Assembly (NCBI GenBank): GCA_951406725.2
Contig: OX597830.1
Span: 55,986,001-56,050,000 of the forward strand
Origin: Octopus vulgaris
Lineage: Eukaryota
DNA: 64,000 nucleotides
Reading direction: 5' to 3'
Shown here in pieces: positions 29,801 through 41,800 of this stretch. Below the pieces are notes generated by a model. That model made no database searches, had not been told where the DNA came from, and was given only the letters and a program-made list of their open reading frames with translations. Within the stretch, counting starts at the first letter, position 1. The number at the start of each line of letters is the position of its first letter. The translations under genes and the position numbers were made by a program.

Positions 29801-32800
29801 TTTTGCAAGTCATGAAACAGATACACATATATAAACATAAATGCAATCATCATCAAATAATTATGTGTGGTGTCGGGATTCAGAATCACACACACAGAGC
29901 TTTGCTCTCTTCCCCACCAAAATCAAAAACAATATAACATACACAATAAGGTACTACAACATGTGATGTAACACTGCATTGCAACAGACTTGTCCAACTC
30001 AGACTATCATGGAAAATAAACATAAACACACACTATTTATGCCAATAGTAAGTAACCAGCAATAGAACCTTGTTTCAGGCATAAATTATGAAATAATCAC
30101 AAGGGCATACCTCCATTTTCTATAACAGCATTTTCAATAACTGGTGTATCTTCCGCTAATCCACAACAAATAAATGTTTTACCAGAGAAAATACCACCAG
30201 TATTCACAGGATCAGTCATTTCTGAAATGCAAATACACATTGCACACTCAATTTTCTTTTAATGACATAGTCAAAAGAACAAGGGTAATGCATAACTTTT
30301 GTAGGATCTTGGAGAAGGGGAGAAGGGAAAAAATAACACATCTCATAGGTTGTTACTGCTAACCAGTATTTCACAAAAAATAATATATTTTCTTGGCCAT
30401 ACATAAACATTTACACACATACAAACGCTATACATACATGCTGTTGTGGGTTATATACATCATGTTTGTATTGGTACTATACATACACACACTAGTCACT
30501 ATAACACTATAATTCTAATAAAAATACATACTTTCGTGGTCACATATGCCCACACACATACATGTACAAACATTATATCATCATCATTGTTCAATGTCCG
30601 CCATCCATGCTGGCATAGGTTGGACAGTTTGACAGGAGCTGGCCAGGTAGAAGACTACTGTGTTTTGACATGGCTTTTACAGCTGGATGCCCTTCCTAAC
30701 ACCAACCATTCTGCAGAGTGGACTGAATGCTTATGTGGTGCCAGCATGAGCAGGATCACCAAATAACTTGCAAGGCAAGGAATTTTGAGAGGGGAGAGGG
30801 TATTGGAGGAGGTGATCTTGTGTCAGATGAAGAAAGGTTAGTTTGTGACAGAGAGACAGAAACAGGTGTCTTGCTATAGAGGAGGTACATGGTCACCCGG
30901 AGAGAGAGAGGGAAAGTTATATACATTATTGCATTTCTAACAAAAATAATACATACTTTAGTCACACCTACATGCACAAAAAGGACTCTGTTCACTTTGT
31001 AAGGTGGCTGGCATTAGGAAGGACATCCAGCCATAAAAACCATGCCAAAACAGATAGTGAAGCCACATGCAGTCTTCTGGTTTGTCAGCTCCTGTCAAAC
31101 CATCCAACCCATGCCAGCATGGAAAACAAACGTTAAATGATGATCATGTATTTATGTGTATGTGCGTGCATACACACACACACCACTGTATGTCTCACAT
31201 TAATGCATACTTTTACTGTCATATAGCCTGTGCATATACATAGTCATGTTTTATATGCATCTTTGTATTCTAAACAAAAACTAGCACTATGACCCAGCAA
31301 CGCTGGGTCATAGTGCTAGTGCATGCATGCACACATACACGCGAGTACTGTCCAAATCTCCAACCAATCACATACAGCTAGCTGGCATTCAATTGGCATA
31401 TCAAGTTTCAGGCATTTTGATTGGGTTTTGGAGAGAAAATTCACAAAAAAATCACTTCTATTGATTTTTTAATGGCTTTGCAGGGTGACTGGGGAAATGT
31501 AAAGATGTGCACGACCACCCTTGGATGGTTTTGAATGACCATAGAAAGTGCGAGCCCTCTAACTGAAAAATTGTGGATTTGTATAAAAGACACACACACA
31601 CACACACAGACATTTTGCCGTTTATATATATACTAGCAGTATCGCCCGGCGTTGCTCGGGTTGTAAGGGAAATAACTATATAAGCATTTTTAGAGAGTTA
31701 TAGCCAAAAAATAGCAAAAAAATGCATTAAAAATTGAAAAAAAATTAAGGTAATTTTTTTTTTAAATCGTTGACACATCGTAGATATTTTTAGAGAGTTA
31801 CTTCCCTTATATAAAAGCGAAAAAAATGCATTCAAATGGAAAAATATGATGGTAAATTTTTTTTAAATCGTAGACTCATGCTAATACCCAGAAGGGCTCG
31901 ATATGAATCACGACTATAAGATACCCGCTTTTGGTTAAACTGCACGGCAAAATGTGGGAGTAGTTACGAATCTAAATCGAAGGGGACAGACACACAACTT
32001 CACTCTTATATAAAGATGCTTATTTTTTTTCAGTCATAGAGTTAGATTTATGAAGGTCTTCAGTAGAAAATCCTTCGAATTCTGACTCACTGCTTGATAT
32101 AATGAAATTCGTATCCATTTTTTGTCAGAATTACAAATTTTGAAAACACAATAGGAACAAATTTCGGAAAAAAATCTCCCATAATTCACGGAATTAAAAT
32201 TACACTTCGATTTTTGTACAAAACTGTATTTGAAGTGTTTACGAAGTATAATACATGTTTTCACGAATGTACTAAAGAGATTTACTCTGATATTCTCATT
32301 TAAATATGAATAGGTAAATTCGGGCGGTTTGGTAACGAAAGGGTTTATATAAGTGTCGTCTGTTTATACATAAACACTGTTTCATACTTTCAGTTTAGTC
32401 TTGCTCAAATCACTCTGTCGCTAATTTACTCTCTTCCAAGAACATTTTCACTCACTGTTATCTGTTAGCTTCCCATACATTTTACTCATGTATCTATCAG
32501 CGTGATAGACAGAAACAAATATTACATTTACTTTCATTTAATTCGTCGCACACTGTGTGTGTGCGTTTGCATATGGTGTAAACCAGACTAAGAAAAGCAT
32601 TTGACACACACACCAGAATGTGAGTTTTCTGTAAATTTTGCTTAATTGGAGTTTAAATTTTAAAAACTGGACCTGGCATGACGCGATGCATTGTACTCTC
32701 AAAAATGCTAGGTAAATTGTAATTGAAGAAATCCTATATTGTAGATTTGTATAACTCCCAAAGGGAGGCAGATAAAATCTGCCTTTTATAATAAGAGATA

Positions 32801-35800
32801 TATATAGAGAGAGAGATTATGAAAGTATTTCAGTTGCAAACTATGTGAAGCAATAGCAACACTAACCTGACTGATCTGATTCTAAAGTACCATTTGACAT
32901 GTTGTTGATACTGGGCGCAATGTTACTTCTGAAGGTACTTTGTAGAGCTACAATAAAGTAAAAAATGTGAAAAAAAAAAGATATAAATAAACAAGAAAAC
33001 ATTGACTGTTGTTGTCAAAGTTGAGCAATAGTGTTTTATCTTTTACTTGCTTTAGTCATTAGACTGCAGTCAGGCTGGGGCAATGCCTTGAAGAATTTTC
33101 AGTCAAATGAATTTTTGCCAAACTGCTAAGTTATGGGGTTGTAAACAAACCAACACTAATTGTCAAGACACACACACACACACATATATATGATGGGCTT
33201 CTTTCAGTTTCCATATATCAAATCCACTCACAAAGGTTTGGTCAGTCTGAGGCTATAGCAGAAGACACTTGCCCAAAGTGCCATGCAGTGGGACTGAACC
33301 TGGAACCATGTGGTTGGGAAGCAAACTTCTTACCACACAGCAACACCTGCACCTAAATAAAAATGCTAAAATATATAAATATTCAACTTAGTTAATTCCA
33401 CACAAGTGGATGATTACCTTTAGTTTGTTCACAATATGGATGTAGAACATATTTTAACAAACATACATACTCGATTTCACACTCATCTCACCCACAAAAA
33501 AAAAATAACATGGCATTATGTTTTTACCTTCACTCTTAGACATTACTGATCCTTGGAGATACTGACTCATCAAAGCCAATTCTTCATCAGTATTTTCGCC
33601 AAATTCACTCGTGGTAGCAGTTATCTTTGTTGTGTTTAGCTGTGATACATCACCAACTGGCTTTCGTTTTGTGATAGGGGCAGGTGCTCTGAAAAAAAAA
33701 ATTATTCACCATCATCATCACCATTTAACATCTGGCATGAGTTGGACAGCTCAACAATAACTGACAAGCAAGAGGACTGCACCAAGCTCCACTGTCTGCT
33801 TTGATATAGTTTCTATGGCTGGATGCACTTCCTAACACAAATCACTTTACAGAGTGTAGTAGGTATATTTTATGTGGCACCGGCACCAGTGGAGTCACCA
33901 AGTCACTTGAAAGACAAGACTTTTCAACTGAGAGGTGGGGTAGTATTGAAGGTGGTGGTTTTGTATCAGGTGATGAGAGGATAAAGCATGATAGAAGAAA
34001 AAAAAATAGGTGTCTTGCCATAGAGGAGATACATTGCTAAGCCCAGTTGGAAAATAAAGAAAAGAGAGAGAGAGAGAGAGAGAGAGATGTATCAGGGTTT
34101 TTCCTCAAGTTATAGGGAAGTGAATATAAGCGAAGTGGTATAGAGGATTGGACAGGGTGAGTGGGATAGCAAAGTTTACATGAGTGTAAAAGGAGAGTTG
34201 CAGATGGATAGAGATGGAAATGAAGAGGAATGTTGTAGGTGGAGATTATTATTAAGATGGCAAACTGGCAGATTCATTAGCATGCTTGACAAAATGTTTA
34301 GTGGCATTTAGAACAGTGTTGAGTTCTAATGTCTGCTTTGGCATGCTTTTTATGGTCAGACACCTTCTCATTATACCACCACTAATAAGGCTACCAAATC
34401 ACTCACAAGACAAGATGTCTGAACTGAGTGAGGGTGGGTGTAGTATTAAGGGAAGTGAAAATATGATAGGGGAACAAGAACAAGTGTCTTGCTGAAAAGG
34501 AGATACATGCCTTCTCCAGCTGAAAAAGTAAGGAAGAGATGGTGACGATATATTCTAAAGGTACAAGGTGAATATAAGAGAGAGAATAGAGATAGAGGAT
34601 CAGATACAGTGTGTTGGTAGGTAAGGTCACAAGTGTGAAAGGGTGTGACAGATGATTTGAGATGGGGATTGAGGAGGATGCAATGAATGGAGATCAGTAA
34701 ATAAATAAGTAAAATGATAAATTGCATGTAAGAATTTTGTTGTAAAACTCACTTTGGTGGTTCCATGTGCGATTCCTTTACAAAGGGAAGCTTCTGGATG
34801 TAATAGGGTTTCTCTGGGACATACTTGCTCTCTTTCACACAATCTAAAAGCCATGAGGCATTTAGTATATGTGGCCTGAAAATGCATCAGAAAAGTTCTT
34901 ATACATATTTGAAGAATGCAAACAATAACAACAATAATTCGTTACATTGATACAACTCTCTTTTTACTCTTTTACTTGTTTCAGTCATTTGACTGTGGTC
35001 GTGCTGGAGCACCACCTTTAGTCAAGCAAACCGACCCCAGGACATTCTTTGTAAACCTAGCACTTATTCTATCTGTTGCTTTTGCCAAACCGCTAAGTTA
35101 CGGAGACATAAACACACCAGCATTGGTTGTCACAGACACACACACATATACATACATATATACGATAGGCTTCTTTCAGTTTCCATCTACCAAATCCACT
35201 CACAAGGCTTTGGTTGGCCCAAGGCTATTGTAGAAGACACTTGCCCAAAGTGCCATGCAGTGGGACTGAACCCAGAATCATGTGGTTGGTAAGCAAGCTA
35301 CTTACCACACAGCCACTCCTACAAAGTTAAACAAATTTGCAAAAAATAAGGGTTTAGTCACTAGAACTGCTCCCAGTATGTAATTGTTATTTTATTTTAC
35401 TGGAAACCATATGGATGAAGAGCAAAGTCAAATCCAGTGAAATTTGAACTCAAAATATAAGATCACTGTTTTAGTATCCACTTTTCCTTCTTGTCACCAA
35501 CAGTTCTTGAGGGCAAAGGGAAGTTGACTACATTGACCCAGTACTTGACAATTACTTATTTTATTGACTCTGAAAGGATGACAGGTAAATCAGGCTTTGA
35601 ACTCAAAACATAAAGAGTTAAAACAATTACCACAAAACATCTTAGGCCACCAATGATTCTGTCAAGTCATCTCTTTTAATGATCATTTTAAACAAGGATA
35701 GAAACTTGTAAAAAGATATTACACTTAGTACTTGAATGGAACTTTATTTTACTGACCCCTCCAGAAGAATGAAGGGATTTTAACTTAAACTGTTATAAGT

Positions 35801-38800
35801 TGTAACTAAATACTAATAATATAGATTTCTAACTTTCGCACAAGGACATAAATATGCCAGATGAATGCAGTCAGTTAAATTCACCCCACCCCACCCCATA
35901 CATGACTGGAACTGAGTTTACCAATACCAAAAGGATCCCTTCGTTTTACAAAAGAAGATATAAATTGGAAATTTTACCTCACTTAATTGAGAAACTAAGT
36001 GACATACCTATGAATAGCTTTCTCTAGATAATCCATATCTGCTGGCACTTTTTCGCCCATCACAACATGTGTAACATGTTCGTTTAAGGAATTAAATCTG
36101 AAATTAGAAAAATAATCGTAACAATTAGTCTTTGGTTTCAATATAATGTAACTGATATACTGAGAGATGGGAAATGGAGGGAGGTGGTCGTCAGAGTATA
36201 AGAAAACAATGTTGAAGATCAGTAGATCATAGCATGTTACCAACAGTGAATAGAGTTATACCTAAAGCGGACCAATCCACTAAGGTGTAAATAAATACCA
36301 CTTGACAGAAACAACTTGTTAACAGGCAATTTCAAATAGACAACTAGCTTTTAAACTAATCCCCACACCCTATACTCTTTTACTGGTTTCAGTCATTTGA
36401 CTGTGGCCATGCTGGAGCACCGCCTTTTAGTCAAGCAAATCGACCCCAGGACTTATTTTTTGTAAGCCTTAGTACTTATTCTATTGGTCTTTTTTGCTGA
36501 ACCGCTAAGTTACGGGGACATAAACACACCAGCATTGGTTGTCAAGCGATGTTGGGGGGGACAAACACACAGACAAACTTATAGACACATACATATATAT
36601 ATATACATATATACGATGGGCTTCTTTCAGTTTCCGTCTACCAAAACCACTCACAAGGCCTTGGTCGGCCCGAGGCTATAGTAGAAGACACTTGCCCAAG
36701 GTGCCACGCAGTGGGACTGAACCCGAAACCATGTGGTTCGTAAGCAAGTTACTTACCACACAGCCACTCCTATGTCTATATATACCCCATGCAAACTTTT
36801 TCTCCTGAAAGTGCAATTTCTGAGGAAAACGAAAAACCTGTGAGACCTACCTAGTACCTCCACCAACATTGATGATCCTGAGTAACCGTTCTTGGTCTGG
36901 CCCACGAAATCCACTGAGATAAATCTGGTTAATACAATATAATAAATGTACTATGTTAGTAACTTTTTTTTTACATCCATTAACACACATATTTTAACAT
37001 ATATCTTACAATTATTTGCCATGCTTGCATAAGTGTGATGGTTTGTATATTGTAGCAGTTGAAAAATTTTTCTACCATTAATCTCCCTGTGAAGCACGGA
37101 GTTTAACTTATAATTTTATATCATTCAAAGTGGAGCAACAGAATGGTTGCTACAGTTAAGCTTGAACTTGTAACCATCTGGTTATTAGCCCCAAAGCTTC
37201 ATTTCACAATAACGGTACCTTAAATTTCCTTTCATAATCTGCAGCCAGCTTAACAATCCATTGCTATATATCCTACAAGTTGCTGCACAATATTTTAATC
37301 TCATCATTCATCAACCATTCTCGTCAAGACCAGGAGAGTCATCTATCCAATTCACATAAGGCTAATTACTGCTATTGTCCAGTCACTCTCAGTAAAATTG
37401 TGCTTCATTTTTTTATGTATGTTGACATTATACTTTAAACAAAGATATACATTATAACCAAATTAATCTGGAATACAGGATAACAGTCCAATTTGACAAA
37501 CAGATAACCTACTTTGAGATATGACATCCAAACAATTTTGACAATACAAAATAGAAACCAACTTGACATACAAACAACAATTTAATTTGATGCAAAACAT
37601 GAGAGCACAACAGTTAATCCAATTTAGCACATATGACAGTCAATCCAATACAACACACAACCCAACAGCCAAACCAATCTGATACACAACACAACCAAAC
37701 TAATTTAACAGGCAATATGACAGCCTAATTTGACATTTGACACACAAATATGGCAGTCAACCAATTTTGACATGCTGCAAACAGCTAAATAATTTGACAC
37801 ACATCATAAGTTAGTCTTCTAAGCTAAATAAGTCATTTAATTTGACTAACAACATAACAATCAGTTCATAGACAATTTCATAGACACACAATTTGACACA
37901 CAAATTCATTGACTGCCAATTTGACAGACACTTTCTCATTCACTCTCCAACTCAAACAATTTGTCATGTAAATAATATAGCCTGATAACCTGACAAATAG
38001 TTTTATCAAATACCAACTGATACATATAGAAATAATTATAAAGAAAAATGTAACAGTTTTGTTATATTTACCTTACAACCATCGAAGAATGACATAGGTG
38101 TTGACATTGATGTATTATCAAAGGTGGGTTTAGACTTGTCTACTCGGGAAATATTTGAACTGCAAGCACTGAGCATAGTGTCGCTAAGACGATTAATTGC
38201 AGAAATATTAGCAATTGAACTCAGGTTAACTGGAACAAAACCGAAATAAACAGTGTTTAATTTAAAGGAATAAAATTACAAGAATTGAACAGTAACCAAA
38301 AGCATACTATTCTTTTTCACTGGTTCCTGCCATCTGGCAGTGACTATGCTAGAGGGAATAGCCATCAACACAAAAATACTCCATAATTGTGCCAAATGAT
38401 CACAACAAAAACAATGATAATGAAATTTTTTTATGACAGACATAAAAACCAAACCCTTTCAGAGGGAGGTAGAGTTGATTAGATTGATGTCCAACATGAC
38501 TGGTATTTCACTTCACTGATCCTGGAATGAGGAAAATCAAACACTACCCACACAGGGTTTGAACTTAGGAGGTAAAGAGACATAACTAAAAACTGCAGTA
38601 TATTTAGTCAACCACACCATTCCCGAATAATTACGAAGATGGTGGTGGTGACGATATCATGATGGTGGTAGCGATGATGACAACAGCAATAATTTATTTT
38701 ATTTAGCTACTTAATTACTCAATCATACAATTATCTGATTTCATATTTTCTATTAAATGATGACGGATGTAATTATCCTAAGTCTAATTCTCCACAACCA

Positions 38801-41800
38801 CTGCATGTAAAAACAGGTTTCTTTGTTGACTCAATATCTTAAGTATCCTTGGTTAACCCTTCACAATAGCTGTATGTCTTTAACCCTTTAGCATTCAGAT
38901 TATTCTGTCAAATGTACAGCTAATTTATTCACAATGTTTTGTATTAATCATGATTTGTCATGTAGCTTCAAGATTTTTATGATGTGACCATTTATTTTTA
39001 GAATGTTATTGTAAAGAAGTGAGAGGCCAGATCTGGCTAGTTTGAACATAAAACAGGCAGAATATTTTGGTTGGATATGGCTGGTTTAAATACTATCAAA
39101 TAATCAACATTACCAGACTGAGAGGTAATAATTTTGAATTTTTTCAGTATTATTTTTACATCGACACAGAACAAAATTAGAATCAATTAAACTAACTCTT
39201 GGTTCATTAACCTATGGCTATTTAAATAAATAAATATTAAAGTATATTGCTTTTGGGTACACTCCTTAACTTGCAAAAAAGGGACATTAAGTCAGGCCTT
39301 AGTTCTACATAAGTCAGCATGTCAAGCAAGAGTTATCAACTCTTCCCATGGCCAGGATTATGGAAAAGCCCAAAGTCTGGCAGAACAAGTAAAAGTGAGC
39401 TACATACTTTTGATGGCTGATGATATTATAGTCTGCTACAGCCAGTTGACTTGAACCAAGGTTTTTTACTGTCAAAATCATTAAAAAAACTGATGTGCAA
39501 CAGCTTCTCTAAGCTAAACAAAACCATGCACAGGTGTCCTCAAGATTAGCAAATGATCTTGCTAGTATTTAAATATCCTACAAATATTTTATATTTACAT
39601 GTCCTACTAGCATTATTCTATTGATGCCAGGAGTACACAAGGCAATGTCAATCAATCACAGAAGGATGAAGAGACATGCAACTATAGAATATTGACTATC
39701 TTGGTTGACACTGTGTATTTACAGAATTAAATATGAAATTCTAGAACAAGAAGGTAGTTTCTTGTGTATATAGAGATTCAGACTGACCAGCTGAGGTATT
39801 TTTAGTTGGTGTGGAGGTCATCATTTCATTGTGGCCACCTTCAGTATTTAATTGGTATTTTGTTTCGTCAAGACAATAACCAGTTTCAATTGATTCATAC
39901 AACCACTGAGGTTTTACAATCTGGATCTTCCACTGCTTGGCAAATTCATATTTCTGGCCTGAAATAAAGAATGGTATAAATCAATAATTCGAAAACATTC
40001 ACCACAAAGAAATATGGAGTCACATACAAGTAATAATAGCATACATATAACAGGGAATGATTTTATTAGAGAGCCACCGTTTAGCTGTAACAAGCCACCA
40101 GGCCTTAACAACGTCGCTTTGCTCTTGGGAACTTTTACTTTAAAGTGTTTGACCTAATGGACCATTTGATTCAGCAATATTACCTCAAGTCAACAAGGGT
40201 GCCTCTACATGATTTCTTAACCTGGTAGACATAGCTAGCTGCCAAATCTCTCTCAAATCACAACTATCATCATCTTAAAAAGGTCACAGAGTTTGATTTA
40301 ATCTGGGCTACACAATGCCTGAAAAAGTGATGAGATGTTCATGATTGGATTGCCTTTGATCAAAGGTCTACTCAATCGGAGCAAGATAACAAATGAGGAT
40401 CAGCATCTGGTCCTAGGTACCTTTAATTTGGGTGGTAGGCTTAACTTAACATCGGGTTTAATCCCACCACCAAGTCCTTGGAGTGTGATGGCAGAATTCA
40501 CTCTCTTGCAAGCATTCAGACCCAATTCCAGTTTCCGTCTCTGAAGACATTGACTTGAGTTGAATACAGGACTAGGTGGAGCAGATGATGGGGCAGAACA
40601 GAACTGAGGTAACATAACAGAGTAGGTAAAGCGCATGATTGAATAGAGTCCATGAAGTAATATTAATGTTAAATGAGGGCAAAACTAATAAGCTTGTCTT
40701 ACCTTTTGGTTCATTTACAATTAAATGAGTACATTCATCAACTTTCATTTCTCCTGAATAAACACCACCTACAAAAATTTTAAAGTAAACAAATACACTT
40801 ATAGACGAAGTGAATTACAAAAACAATTTTATACAAACATATATATATATAAAGCAGAAAAAAAATAGGAAAATATAGAAAGTTTCACAAAATCCTTTAT
40901 ATTTCAGAGCAACTAAACATTTATTGGTCAGCTTTCTCCTGAGGATGGACCTTTGTGCCTGAAATATGAAGGTTTTTTGTAAAACTTTCTGCATTGTTAG
41001 GAGCTTTCTGTATTTCCCTTTTCTATACTACAATGCTCTCATTCATTCATTCATACACATAAAATAAAACAAAATATATTATAATATAGTTATATAAATA
41101 TATATAAACAGTATTTGAAATTTTAAGCCATGAGCTAGTAGTCTGTCACTGAAACCATTCAAGCATTTCACTTTGTCTTTCAAAGAAAATGCCTACAGAT
41201 ATTCTATGAACTTACCTTCCATTTCAACCAGTTGCTTCACTTTTTTCCTCTCTGCCGATTCTAAGCCAGAGACTGTTATAATTAACCCTTTAAACATGGG
41301 GCAAGTGTATTTTTGAAACTTCTCATCATTGCAGTGAACAGAGCTGCAAGAACAGTAAACAGACAGGGAAGAAATAATTATATATATACTATTAAAAGTC
41401 AGATTGAATCTTGCTTGCTTGCAATGTTACTCAGCCAAACTGGTGCATAATGGGAAAATACTATGTATAAAGCTAACCTGAAATGTTAATACAAACAAAA
41501 TGAAACAAGTTTCACGTAAATCAGTTAAGTGGTTTTTGAGATATTAGAGCTTTTCAGGGTATAAATACCCAAAACAATGCATAATGGGAAAATGTTCCGA
41601 AAATAAACTTCATCCTGAAAGGGAAGAAACTCTTATCTTTCCATAAGACACAGTGAGTTGACAATGAAAAAATACAATTTTTTTTTTACAGTAAATGTTA
41701 AATACAGTATTTTAATCATTTAGAAATAATAAGTGAATGTGATTTCAAAAATTTAAGTTGTTTGTACAGTAAGTATTTATATTTTAGCTTTCTTTAACCC

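Noticed and set aside
37485-37930. CRISPR-like spaced repeats
   Set aside because: Eukaryotic intron; repeats are degenerate with no constant repeat-spacer structure and no cas genes.
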